Below, piece after piece: positions 11,862-23,885 of a stretch of DNA of 64,000 nt. The stretch lies in the NCBI RefSeq assembly GCF_006345805.1, contig NC_042998.1:10230001-10294000 (forward strand), in the 5' to 3' direction. The notes below the pieces were generated by a model. That model was given only the letters and a program-made list of their open reading frames with translations, did no database searches and was not told the DNA's origin. Position 1 is the first letter of the stretch. Every line of letters begins with the position of its first letter. The translations under genes and the position numbers were made by a program. The DNA is from Octopus sinensis. Taxonomy: Eukaryota.

Positions 11862-14345
11862 ATGATCTGCAACACTAACTTCAGGAAACCAACAAGCCAC
11901 CTGGTCACCTACCGATCGGGCCGGCATACTAGCCAAATCGACTACATCCTTGCCAGAAAAAGGGAAAGATGGCTGCTTATAAATGCCAAAACCTTCCCAG
12001 GCGAAGAATGCACCCCACAACATAGACTGGTAGTTAGTGACTTTAGGATCAGGACTAAGAGGGCGACTAGAAGACGACCAACATGGAGAAGAAGGGTCTG
12101 GAAGCTTAAAGACCCTGCGAATGGACAGAGATTTAGAGATATGTTACTTGAAGCCTTTGACGAAGTGGAAGGGGGTATAGCTACACATGGGGTAGAAGAC
12201 AACTGGACGTTTCTGAGGGACAACCTGCTGAAAGCCGCTGACCAGATCTGTGGCTGGTGCAAAGTCCCCTTAAGACCCAAAATAACGTGGTGGTGGAACA
12301 ATATTGTTGACAGGGCTATTAGACAAAAGAAACAGGCTTGGAAGGCCTGGAAGAACGGTGGTAGCAGGGAAGTGTATCAGACTGCCAGAAGGGAAGCTAG
12401 GAGACAGGTCTATCTAGCCAGAGGGGAAGCAGATAAAAGAAAATTTGCCAATGTCCTGCGCCGTGAGGATGAAAGACTTGAGGTATTTCGTGTTGCAAGA
12501 CAGTGTGTGAGAGAGAATCGTGATGTGGTAGGAGAGAAATGTGTTCGCATGGAGGATGGTTCACTTGCGCTAAATGAGGATGCAAAGAGAGAAGCTTGGA
12601 GACGCCACTATGAAAGGTTGCTGAATGAGGAAAATGAATGGGATAAAGAGAGTCTGCCGAATGTTGACCCAACAGAGGGACCAGCTATCCGAGTTGATAG
12701 TTCCGTGGTAGCTAAGGCAATTAGAAGCATGAAGACAGGGAAAGCCCCAGGCCCATCAGGAATTACTGCAGAGATGCTCAAAATATCTGGTAGTGTCGGC
12801 TATAGCATAGTCACCCGTATAGTTAACCAGGTGATACACGAAGGAGTCATACCCAATGACTGGTGTAGCAGCATAATAGTCAACTGCTACAAAGGTAAAG
12901 GCGATGCCCTAGATACAAATAACTACAGGGGCATCAAGCTGTTGGATCAGGTAATGAAGGTTACGGAGAGGGTTATAGCCCAGTTAATTAGAGAGAGAGT
13001 TAGCTTAGATGATATGCAGTTTGGGTTCGTGCCAGGGAAAAGTACTACTGATGCTATATTCCTGGTAAGACAGCTGCAGGAGAAATACCTAGCCAAAGGT
13101 AAGCCCTTGTACCTGGCTTTTGTTGACTTAGAGAAAGCCTTTGACAGGGTCCCCCGATCCCTTATCTGGTGGTCAATGAGGAAACTAGGGATAGATGAAT
13201 GGTTAGTGAGAGCTGTGCGAGCCATGTACAGAGACGCAGCTAGTAAGGTGAGGGTTGGCAACGAGTACAGTGAAGAATTCCGGGTAGAGGTTGGGGTCCA
13301 CCAAGGTTCAGTCCTCAGCCCCCTCCTATTTATCATAGTCCTCCAGGCAATAACGGAAGAATTTAAGACAGGATGCCCCTGGGAGCTCCTATATGCTGAT
13401 GACCTTGCTCTAATTGCTGAGTCACTATCAGAACTGGAGGAGAAGTTTCAGGTGTGGAAACAAGGATTAGAATCGAAGGGCCTTAGAATCAACCTAGCCA
13501 AAACCAAAGTCCTAATAAGTAGGAAGGTGAACCAACCACAAACGACTTCAGGTAGATGGCCCTGCTCGATCTGTAGAAAAGGTGTAGGTAGAAACTCTAT
13601 AAGATGCACCAAGTGTAAGCTATGGACACATAAGAGGTGCAGCAATGTCAAAGGTAGGCTAACTGGGAAGATAGTTTTCGTATGTGGCAGATGCTCAGGA
13701 GAAATAAACACTGGAAATGTGCAGAGACCAACTTCTACCGCGTTCCAGGGAGACAAACTAGAAGTAGTTGATAGCTTCCGCTACCTTGGAGACCAAGTTA
13801 GTAGCGGGGGTGGGTGTGCTGAAAGTGTAACTGCTAGAGTAAGAATAGCCTGGGCAAAGTTTAGAGAGCTCTTACCCCTGCTGGTGACAAAAGGCCTCTC
13901 GCTCAGAGTAAAAGGCAGACTTTATGATGCATGTGTACGTACAGCCATGCTACATGGTAGTGAAACATGGGCCGTGACTGCTGAGGATATGCGTAAGCTC
14001 GCAAGAAATGAAGCCAGTATGCTCCGATGGATGTGTAATGTCAGTGTTCATAATCGTCAGAGTGTAAGTACCTTGAGAGAAAAGTTGAACCTAAGAAGCG
14101 TCAGTTGTGGTGTGCAAGAGAGACGGCTGCGCTGGTATGGTCATATGATGAGAATGGCTGAAGATAGTTGTGTGCAAAAGTGCTACACCCTAGCAGTTGA
14201 GGGAACCTGTGGAAGAGGTAGACCCAGGAAAACCTGGGACGAAGTGGTGAAGCACGACCTACTAACTTTAGGTCTCACCAAGGAAATGACTAGAGACCGA
14301 GACCTATGGAAGTATGCTGTGCGTGAGAAGACCCGGCAAGACTAG
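11862..14345 (+). CDS. RTE-clade LINE ORF (827 aa): C-terminal part of APE endonuclease, reverse transcriptase, PHD-like finger
   Basis: SQIDYIL (EN), KAPGPSG, YRGIKLL, QFGF, AFVDLEKAFDRVP, GVHQGSVLSP, YADD (13392-13403), FRYLG, GRGRPRKTW; no internal stops. Confidence 0.95.
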   Translation: MICNTNFRKPTSHLVTYRSGRHTSQIDYILARKRERWLLINAKTFPGEECTPQHRLVVSDFRIRTKRATRRRPTWRRRVWKLKDPANGQRFRDMLLEAFDEVEGGIATHGVEDNWTFLRDNLLKAADQICGWCKVPLRPKITWWWNNIVDRAIRQKKQAWKAWKNGGSREVYQTARREARRQVYLARGEADKRKFANVLRREDERLEVFRVARQCVRENRDVVGEKCVRMEDGSLALNEDAKREAWRRHYERLLNEENEWDKESLPNVDPTEGPAIRVDSSVVAKAIRSMKTGKAPGPSGITAEMLKISGSVGYSIVTRIVNQVIHEGVIPNDWCSSIIVNCYKGKGDALDTNNYRGIKLLDQVMKVTERVIAQLIRERVSLDDMQFGFVPGKSTTDAIFLVRQLQEKYLAKGKPLYLAFVDLEKAFDRVPRSLIWWSMRKLGIDEWLVRAVRAMYRDAASKVRVGNEYSEEFRVEVGVHQGSVLSPLLFIIVLQAITEEFKTGCPWELLYADDLALIAESLSELEEKFQVWKQGLESKGLRINLAKTKVLISRKVNQPQTTSGRWPCSICRKGVGRNSIRCTKCKLWTHKRCSNVKGRLTGKIVFVCGRCSGEINTGNVQRPTSTAFQGDKLEVVDSFRYLGDQVSSGGGCAESVTARVRIAWAKFRELLPLLVTKGLSLRVKGRLYDACVRTAMLHGSETWAVTAEDMRKLARNEASMLRWMCNVSVHNRQSVSTLREKLNLRSVSCGVQERRLRWYGHMMRMAEDSCVQKCYTLAVEGTCGRGRPRKTWDEVVKHDLLTLGLTKEMTRDRDLWKYAVREKTRQD

Positions 14346-14638
14346 TCAGGCCATAACCCGTGGCCCCTACCTAGGACGTAGTCAGTCCACCTGTGCATAC
14401 CTTCCTTCTTGTGACACTTGTGAAGACCTGTTGAGGCAAGTGAACTGTTGAGGCAAGTGAAAATCAAAATAGATGAACATCAATGGAATTTGTATCTTTG
14501 TGGTACCAGTGCCGGTGGCACACAAGAATACCATCCGAACGTGGGCGTAGCCAGTACCGCAGCGACTGGCCTCCATGCTGTGGGCACGTAACAATCACCA
14601 TCCAATCGTGGCCGATCGCCAGCCTAATCTGGCTCCTG

Positions 14639-15160
14639 TGTCGGTGGCACATAAAAAAAAAACACCATCCGAGCGTGGTCGTCTGCTAGCCTTGTCTGGC
14701 ACCTGTGTCGGTGGCACATAAAAACACCATCCGAGCGTGGTCGTCTGCTAGCCTTGTCTGGCACCTGTGTCGGTGGCACATAAAAACACCGTCCGAGCGT
14801 GGCCGTTCGCCAGCCTCGTCTGGCACCTGTGTCGGTGGCACATAAAAACACCATCCGAGCGTGGTCGTCTGCTAGCCTTGTCTGGCACCTGTGTCGGTGG
14901 CACATAAAAACACCATCCGAGCGTGGCCGTTCGCCAGCCTCGTCTGGCACCTGTGTCGGTGGCACATAAAAACACCATCCGAGCGTGGCCGTTCGCCAGC
15001 CTCGTCTGGCACCTGTGTCGGTGGCACATAAAAACACCATCCGAGCGTGGTCGTCTGCCAGCCTTGTCTGGCACCTGTGTCGGTGGCACATAAAAACACC
15101 ATCCAAGCGTGGCCGTTCGCCAGCCTCGTCTGGCACCTGTGTCAGTGGCACATAAAATCA
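14639..15160 (+). repeat. 62-bp tandem repeat (about 8 units) in the RTE 3' UTR
   Basis: ACCTGTGTCGGTGGCACATAAAAACACC recurs at 14701, 14763, 14825, 14887, 14949, 15011, 15073, 15135. Confidence 0.95.
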
Positions 15161-15413
15161 CCCACTACACTCTCGGAGTGGTTGGCGTTAGGAAGGGCAT
15201 CCAGCTGTAGAAACACTGCCAGATCTGACTGGCCTGGTGCAGCCTTCGGGCTCCCCAGACACCAGTTGAACCGTCCAACCCATGCTAGCATGGAAAGAGG
15301 ACGTTAAATGATGATGATGATGATGATGATGATTAAAAAACCATGGCAGTAGAATTACTAAGAAAATAGAATTCACTTTCTCACCAATGGAAAAAAGGTA
15401 ATAAAATAATAAC

Positions 15414-15770
15414 ATAGGTGCAGGAGTGGCTGTGTGGTAAGTAGCTTGCTAACCAATCACATGGTTGCGGGTTCAGTCCCACTGCGTGGCATCTTGGGCA
15501 AGTGTCTTCTGCTATAGCCCCAGGCCGACCAATGCCTTGTGAGTGGATTTGGTAGACGGAAACTGAAAGAAGCCTGTCGTATATATGTATATATATGTGT
15601 GTGTGTGTTTGTGTCCCCGTCACTTAGCGGTTCGGCAAAAGAGACCGATAGAATAAGTACTGGGCTTACAAAGAATAAGTCCCGGGGTCAATTTGCTCGA
15701 CTAAAGGCGGTGCTCCAGCATGGCCACAGTCAAATGACTGAAACAAGTAAAAGAGTAAAAAGAGAGAGAG
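15414..15770 (+). mobile_element. tRNA-derived SINE family A
   Basis: Full copy ending 50 nt from the LETM1 donor at 15820. Confidence 0.9.
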
Positions 15771-15820
15771 AGAGAGAGTAATAGACTGCTATTTTAGTAA
15801 AGAAGTTTAAATTGGTTTAC

Positions 15821-15923
15821 CTGCAACAGGAGGAGTTTCCAATGGGACAGCTTTGTCTACAAGAACTGTGGCTTTGTCTTCCAGGGCATCATCACTCTGT
15901 TTAGCAGCAATTTCCACTGCTTT
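15821..15923 (-). CDS. LETM1: LETM1 exon (103 nt): KAVEIAAKQSDDALEDKATVLVDKAVPLETPPVA
   Basis: tttgcag|AAA acceptor, GCAG|gtaaac donor; phase-1 end matches the next exon; L.DKA.VL resembles the LETM1 linker. Confidence 0.8.
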
Positions 15924-16105
15924 CTGCAAACATTTGAAAAGAGAAAAAATAATAATATATATACATGAGTGGGATGTGTCAAACCTGTCATCACATGAAT
16001 ATTTTCTCAAGCTAGAGAAAGATTACTTATGGCTTTTTCCTGCTAAACAAAGATTTTCTAAAGGCTATATTTAGAAAGAGATTTACTGTACAACTATAAT
16101 TTATT

Positions 16106-16379
16106 CGGAGATGTACTTGCATAGCAAGTGACTTGATCCGAGATTGTGTGCTGGAACGAAAACAATTGCAGCGTGGAAGGTGTTTATAAGCCATTTAAGA
16201 AACACACAAAACCGTTAGATTCACTTCAACATTTAAATTTAATTTGTCAAAATATTTTCGGTGCGGTCTCAAAGCAACGAAAATATTTTGATAAATTAAA
16301 TTTGAATGCTGAAGTGAATCTAACGGTTTTTGTGTGTTTCTTAAATGGCTTATAAACACCTTCCACGCTGCAATTGTTT
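16106..16379. repeat. Foldback (about 100-bp arms, 17-nt loop) of the G3-C8 hammerhead family
   Basis: 16160-16260 is the near-perfect reverse complement of 16278-16379. Confidence 0.9.
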
Positions 16380-16436
16380 ATAATTTATTCTTTGGACTAT
16401 TAATCTCAACTTTATATTAATATCTACACGTCAATC

Positions 16437-16730
16437 AATTTCCAGCACCGCCTCGACTGGCTTCCGTGCCGGTGGCACATAAAATACACCAATCTGACCG
16501 TGGCCGTTGCCAGCCCCGCCTGGCACCTGTGCAGGTGGCACGTAAAAAGCACCCACTACACTCACGGAGTGGTTGGCGTTAGGAAGGGCATCCAGCTGTA
16601 GAAACATTGCCAAATTAGACTGGAGCCTGGTGCAGCCTTCTGGCTTCCCAGAACCCCGGTCGAACCGTCCAACCCATGCTAGCATGGAGAACGGACGTTA
16701 AACGACGATGATGATGACGATGATGATGTC
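16437..16730 (+). mobile_element. RTE 3'-end fragment
   Basis: GTGCCGGTGGCAC units, CCCACTACACTCACGGAG..., (GAT)n tail. Further copies at about 2222-2408, 3294-3480, 17830-18135, 26828-27050, 30921-31130, 52010-52340. Confidence 0.9.
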
Positions 16731-18449
16731 AATCCATTTCTTCTCCAGTCATTATTAAGGTTCATATTCTTGGATTGTGTGTTTAGTTCTAGACAGGATT
16801 CAAACAAAAAGCTTTTATTTCTAAACCAAGGTTAATAATCTTATCTACATGGTTACCGATACACAAATGTTGAGGTTAATAGTAAGGAAAATTATAACCT
16901 TATAAATATTTCGGAAACATTTTTTCACACTCAGAGTTGCTGAAGCATGGAATAAACTGCCTGCGTCAGTTGTTAACTGCCATGACACTGCATCCTTTAA
17001 GGCCCTCATGCCTTCCGAAATCCGCCGAAACTACACCTGATTATACATACACTTTAGATGAGTTGTAGTGCACCTGAGCACTGTACACAATTATTATTAT
17101 TATTATTATTATTATTTACTCGTGTCGTCATACCAGTAAAAATGTAAATTTTGACAAATGCGTGAATTTCTCAGTTACCAAGCATTATCAAAAGACATAA
17201 TATTCTATAGAGTATGTTTTAAAAAAAGAAAACAACCACAAGTTTTATGCCAAAAACTAGAGAAAAGAAAAGCTAGAAAATATAAAAATGGTTTGAAAAT
17301 TTTAGGAATAGTGGGCAGTTGTAGTTGACATATGTAGCATCATCTTGCATTGCTTGAATTTGATAATACTTTATAGTTAAAATTTGAAGATTATTCTAAA
17401 ATTGAAGAAATACAGAATCACAGTTTATCTTTTCAGTTGCAAGAAGGGAATTATGTTTGAATATGTCAACAAATAATGTAATATTTTTGCCATTGATACA
17501 TATTACACATTTTCCTTATTATCATCCTTTTTTTCTCTACTAAATTTTCTTTCTTTAAAACACTAACTTTTTTAGAGTGATTCTTTTTAATTGTTTTATA
17601 AATGATACTGAACAGATTTTGATTCGCTGCATACTAATGTAAACACTTCGGTCCCCCATATCTCTGTTGAAATATACTACCTGGGTAAACTGGTTCATTG
17701 CAAAAACAATCAAGAACAACTAACTTTGTCATTAATTAAACTGGTGTTTTGAAATATAAATGAACAGGTTTTATCATGGAACTAGGTATGCTGGTATCAA
17801 AATAGAAAACAGATATTAGATACAATTTGAAAGGCCTCCGTGCTGGTGGCATGTAACAAACACCATCCAATCGTGGCCGTGCCAGCCTCGCCTGGCCTCT
17901 GTGCCGGTGGCACGTAAAAAACACCATCCGAGCGTGGCCGTTCGCCAGCCTCGTCTGGCACCTGTGTCGGTGGCACACAAAAAACACCCACTACACTCAC
18001 GGAGTGGTTGGCGTTAGGAAGGGCATCCAGCTGTAGAAACAATGCCAGATCTGACTGGCCTGGTGCTTCCCAAACCCCAGTTGAACCATCCAACCCATGC
18101 TAGCATGGAAAGCGGACGTTAAACGATGATGATATCAGATATAGGTTAGTCCACATTATTCCGTAATGAGAATAGGGCCAGTTTCCCAGTTTCTCTCGTG
18201 TATTTATTACTTCCTGGATGGGACACCAATTTGTTGTTGGATTACTCATTTTTACCAACAGAGTAGACTGGAGGAATGTAAAATGAAATGTTTTTCTCAA
18301 GAACACAACACATCGTCTGGTCCAGGAATTGAAACCACAATCATAAATCCAACACCCTAACCACTAAGCCATGCACCTGCACATATTAGATATAAGGAAT
18401 TTCAAAACACAAAAACAGACACCAACAATCTAGAGTTGCTCACACTAAC

Positions 18450-18599
18450 CTTTTCTTTTTCTTGTTGTAGTTCTTCTGCTTCCATGTCTTTCCTTTCCTT
18501 TTTGATGGCAGCTTCTTCTTGCTTGATGAGTTGAAGTTTAGCTTTATTATCAACTTTTTCACCGGATATCTCAGCGATTTTAATTTTGGCTTCCTCTGT
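18450..18599 (-). CDS. LETM1: LETM1 exon (150 nt): TEEAKIKIAEISGEKVDNKAKLQLIKQEEAAIKKE...
   Basis: tttgcag|ACA acceptor, AAG|gttagt donor; GEKVDNKAKL motif, coiled coil. Confidence 0.95.
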
Positions 18600-20432
18600 C
18601 TGCAAAGTGGACACAATATTTAAGCATAAGCTAACAACATAGACACAGGATTTTAAGTTGAAATTAGCAAGAGTTATTATTCACTTTAAATTGTTGTAGA
18701 TTAATGGTTCCAAGGAAAGCACTGCTTTAAAGGGTGGTTTCAGAAGTACATAACTCTAGAACCATCTGCCACTCTTCTTTCACACCCTTGTAAACTTAAC
18801 CTACCACCAAGCCTTTCTGTTCTTCTGTCTGTATTCTTACCTATATTCACCTTCTTGTACTTTAAGGGTATGCACCAACATCTCATCACTATCATTTCAT
18901 TTGTGTTTTCCCAACTGGAGTAACTGTGTTATCTCCTTTACAGCCAAACATCTGTTCCGATCCCTCTATCAGAATTTAACCAATCAACACCCAGCATAAA
19001 GCCACCACCATCAACAATAGACCCTCATTCACTTGAGGGGTCCTGTCTTGCATATTACTGAAAGGCCTCACTGGTGGTAGTGTCATGGTAAAAAAAACTC
19101 TGAAGTGTTGTTGTTGTTAGGAAAGGCAAAAAGCTATAGAAACTATGTCAAAGCAGACACTGAAGCTTAACATAGTCCTCCAGCTCATCAGATTCTGTTG
19201 AGCCATCAAATCCATGCCAGCATGGAAGACGGATATGCTATGATGCTGATGATACCAAAGACTGGGTTTGGGGACATGCCAGTGTCATATTCCTAGAATA
19301 ACAGGAGTGGAGTTCATATCCTCAATGACAACTCTTAACTGTAGGTAGTAGACTTTATAGAGTAAAAGAAGACACACCATTCAGTCATTTCAAACAAACA
19401 GCAAAACACTCAGAGGAAAACATGATCACAGGCACTCCAAGCTGTGACCATTCCATCTATTTTCCTAGTGAAGGAAATCCAGAATCACATTATCTAAGAA
19501 TTCTCTTCTAAGACAGTGGGTTTGATTTGAGGGAATTTAGCTTCTATTTCTAGTAGGTTGAGCAATCATGTAGTAGCTCTTTTATTAGCTTGAACAGGAG
19601 TAAGACACAAGATGGTGTGCCATATATTTCAAGTAGAGCCCTTATTCTCATTGGAAAAAAGGGCTTGAAAATGAAATGTTAGGTTCCTGAAACAGAAGTG
19701 CTTTTACTTCATTTCAAGAAACACTAAAATACAATTTAAAAATTTTCTTTAATAGAGATGTTTTGCAGGTGAAACAGCAGAAATTACAGGATGAGAGAAG
19801 CAAATGGAATAAGTAGTTTTAGAGAACCACAGAGATAATTGCCAAAGAAGAGACACACTTCAATGGCAAGCTGAAGATTTTGAATTGACGATGAGCAAAA
19901 TCTTGTCAGTGAAATGAATAGCTTGTGCCGACCAAATACATATATATATATATCTTTTTTTTACTTGTTTCAGTCATTTGACTGCGGCCATGCTGGAGCA
20001 CCGCCTTTTAGTCGAGCAAATCGACCCCAGGTCTTATTCTTTGTAAGCCTAGTACTTATTCTATCGGTCTCTTTTGCCGAACCGCTAAGTAACGGGGATG
20101 TAAACATACCAGCATCGGTTGTCAAGCGATGTTGGGGGGATAAACACAGACACACAAACACATATATATATATATATATATACGACAGGCTTCTTTCAGT
20201 TTCCGTCTACCAAATCAACTCACAAGGCATTGGTCGGCCCGAGGCTATAGTAGAAGACACTTTCCCAAGGTGCCACGCAGTGGGGCTGAACCCGGAACCA
20301 TATGGTTGGTAAGTAGGCTACTTACCACACAGCCACTCCTGTGCCTATATATATATATATATATATATATAAAACTAATAAAGAAACAAGAGATATCAAA
20401 ATGTAAAGAAGAAAGAAGAAAATATTTGATTA

Positions 20433-20729
<297 letters not shown>

Positions 20730-21073
20730 TCAAAATTTACTTTTACTTTATTTTATCATGGCAGTTGATGGGCAGAATTAGGAGAGCATTGAAGTGAATG
20801 GCACACGGTTGGTTGTCAAACAGCCAATATCACATCTGATTGTTGCAAGAATATTGACAGGATGTACTGCTGGGGAGAATGCGCTTATCTCAAAAATTCC
20901 AATGATTCCACAGTGACACCTCATTTGAATTTAAAATGGTTGCAATTCCCAGTCAGTATATGTTTTGCTAAGTCCATCACTAAATCCCAGAGGCAAATAT
21001 CAAAGGTAGTTAAACTCCACCGAGAGGTTCCTTGCATCTCACATGGTTAATTATATGTTATTGTGTCATGAAA

Positions 21074-21472
21074 TCTTTATATATAAAAGTGAGGTTGTGT
21101 GCTGTCTGTCTCCTACGATTTAGAATCCTAACCACTCCCACATTTTGCGGTGCAGTTTAACCAAAACCGGGTATCTTATAGTCGTGATTCATATCGAGCC
21201 CTTCTGGATATTAGCGCGCGTCTACGATGAGTCTACGATTTAAAAAAAAATTTACCGTCAATTTTTCCCATTTTTAATGCATTTTGGCATATATAAGGTA
21301 AGTAACTCTCTAAAAATTTATTATTAAATCTCAGAATGTAAAAATCTACAGTAACACCCCCCCCCCCTTTGTGGTTAGCCATATTGAGATGGCTATTATA
21401 CTTTACATCTCTAAAAATGCTTATATAGTTATTTCCCTTACAAACCCGAGCAACGCCAGGTGATACTGCTAG
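21074..21472 (+). mobile_element. Non-autonomous Helitron, variant interior
   Basis: TC...CTAG ends at an A|T site, same termini as the 1737 family. Confidence 0.88.
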
Positions 21473-21991
21473 TAGAACATAAAAGATCTCTATGTTTCTA
21501 CTCCACAAAACAAAGAGCATTGTTTATAAAGAAGCTTTGATACAATGTAAGGGATGTAAAGGAATTACTTTGTGATGTTCCTTGACTCTTTACTCAAGGT
21601 TATGTTGGACACAGACACACACACACACACATCTTTTTCATGATACAGTCTATGTTAACAAAAAAACTGAGAACATTGTATGCACCCAAGAAACTGCAAT
21701 AGGCTTTGGCAAAACTTACCAATTAGAAGCACAATTTGTTTGTAGTAATTATGGTTAGACTGCAAACGTGGGGGAGAAGGTGAGGTGGAAGAGTGGTTTG
21801 GGGGTAGGAGATAATGTAAAATAGGGTGGAAAGGACAGTATTATATATGTACATGTTTATGCATGAGTGGATTTATGTTTCAAATCACAGACCATTGATT
21901 TTTTGCACCCAGGTACCTGAAATTTTTCATGGGACATATTTTCAAAGAAATGGGACTTTTTTCTGATATTTCAAACAAGAATTGTGTCTAC

Positions 21992-22195
21992 CTTATCATC
22001 AGTCTTCAGTTGTCGTAATCTCATCCGAAGCTGGAAGCGAAGGAAATTGTCAGTACCAATGACAGGGAGCATCAATACTCGGCAAAGGGCTTGTAGCTGC
22101 AATCTGGAGAGGTTGTCTAATGTGATCTCATCTTCAAACAATTTGGAAAATTTGAGAATTTCTTTTGTTGGTGTTTGCAACCCAGAACTTCTTAT
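21992..22195 (-). CDS. LETM1: LETM1 exon (204 nt): IRSSG...[23 protein letters not shown]...[18 protein letters not shown]
   Basis: ttttccag|ATA acceptor, AAG|gtagac donor; LETM1 ribosome-binding-like domain. Confidence 0.97.
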
Positions 22196-22490
22196 CTGGA
22201 AAATGAAGTTGTACATGCTTTTATTATACATGAAATAAAGGATCCAAATAAAAAAAAAGGGAAAATGTCTTAAAGGGATTATGAATATTTGGTACAATTT
22301 CTTCCAGTTGCAAACTGAATAAAAAGATGTCTAGAGTATTGGCTTGAGTCAAACTTTATCATTTGATCAGTGTTCAAACTATAGCCAAAGTATCTTTTTT
22401 TTTGTGCATACTGTCCGATAATTTGGTTTCAAATTTTGGCACAAGGCCAGCAAGTTTGGGGGAGAGGTAAGTCAGTTACATTGATCTAAA

Positions 22491-22872
22491 GGAGGCGCAA
22501 TGGCCCAGTGGTTAGGGCAGCGGACTCGCGGTCATAGGATCGCGGTTTTGATTCCCAGACCGGGCATTGTGAGTGTTTATTGAGCGAAAACACCTAAAGC
22601 TCCACGAGGCTCCGGCAGGGGATGGTGGTGATCCCTGCTGTACTCTTTCACCACAACTTTCTCTCACTCTTACTTCCTGTTTCTGATGTACTTGTATTTC
22701 AAAGGGCCGGCCTTGTCACTCTCTGTGTCACACTGAATATCCCCGAGAACTACGTTAAGGGTACACGTGTCTGTGGAGTGCTCAGCCACTTACACGTTAA
22801 TTTCACGAGCAGGCTGTTCCGTTGATTCGGATCAACCGGAACCCTCGTTGTCGTAACCGACGAAGTGCTTCC
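22491..22872 (+). mobile_element. tRNA-derived SINE family B
   Basis: GGAGGCGCAATGGCCCAGTGGTTAGGGC head, ...ACCGACGAAGTGCTTCC tail; copies at 3514-3890(-) and 6226-6598(-). Confidence 0.88.
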
Positions 22873-23156
22873 ATGACATTGACCTAAGTGCTCATCCCAA
22901 AAGGATGAAAGGCAAAGTTGACCTCAGTGGAATTTGAACTCAGAATATAAAGATGGGCAAAATGCTTCACAGTATTTTGCCCGGCATGCTAATAATTCAG
23001 CCAGCTTGCCACCTTATGCTGACCTACAATTTAGAACTTAGATTGTTAATCATTCAGAATTTCCTTGAAGATGCCATGCTTCAATGAGTGGTTTGAATAA
23101 TGCAAAGGGGGATATCTAATACATATAAAGAAAGACATATTTATATATATATATAC

Positions 23157-23300
23157 CTGATTCATGAAATTTGAGAATTCTTGTACCATATTTTCATTGT
23201 TTTTCTTTGTTTTACTTCTTACCGCACTTTCCATGATTGTATCTTGAAGAAATTTGGCCATTTCCAGTTTTACTTTCAAATTCTTCTTCAATTTTTCATG
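23157..23300 (-). CDS. LETM1: LETM1 exon (144 nt): HEKLKKNLKVKLEMAKFLQDT...EFSNFMNQ
   Basis: ttgaag|CAT acceptor, CAG|gtatat donor; KLE(L/M)AKFLQDT motif; phase 0/0. Confidence 0.93.
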
Positions 23301-23664
23301 CTTCAAAAATATATTGAAAAGAGGATAATAATGATGATGATGATGGTGATGATGATGATGCATAGTGGTGATAGCAATAATGATGATGGTGATGATGATT
23401 GAAAATTTATTCCCATACTGTAAAGTGGTTGGTGTTAGGAAGTGCATGAAATTGTAGAAACTGTACTGAAACTGAGACAACTGGTCTTTCAAACTGTCTA
23501 GGAAAGCAATAACTCTGAATAAGAACTGACTTGCTCTGTAATGAACCATGCAACCCATGCCAGCATGGAAAATGGGACATAAAAATAATGATGATGATGA
23601 TGTAAAGCTAGTTTCTTACATAGGCACAAGCTCAGAAATTTGGTGGAAGGGAATAGTCCATTAA

Positions 23665-23885
23665 CCCTTTCATTACCAACCCAGCTCAAACCGGCTCTGG
23701 CTCTGTAGTACAAATGTCTTGTTTTCATAAGTTTTGAATTAAAATCTTCCACCAAACCTTAGTCACAATCTATGTTCCTAACACTAGCTGAATGATAACT
23801 AAGTTATTTTACTAAATTCTTTGCTATGCTTAAAATAGTTGAAAGAAACACAGAGCATCTCAAAATAAATATAGTAACGAAAGGG
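23665..23885. mobile_element. piggyBac-like MITE
   Basis: TIR CCCTTTCATTAC / GTAACGAAAGGG; TTAA/TTAG flanks. Confidence 0.7.

Larger units (their letters stand above)
11836..15333 (+). mobile_element. 5'-truncated young RTE LINE, antisense within a LETM1 intron; 3' UTR with VNTR and (GAT)n tail
   Basis: In-frame homology starts at about 11836 (EFCDANSL). ORF, 3' UTR, then (TGA)n tail to about 15333. Possible 5-bp TSD TGATT. Confidence 0.9.

Noticed and set aside
14624-15161. 62-bp array as a CRISPR array or repeat-protein ORFs
   Set aside because: No unique spacers, no cas genes, eukaryotic context; the ORFs are read-through of the LINE VNTR.
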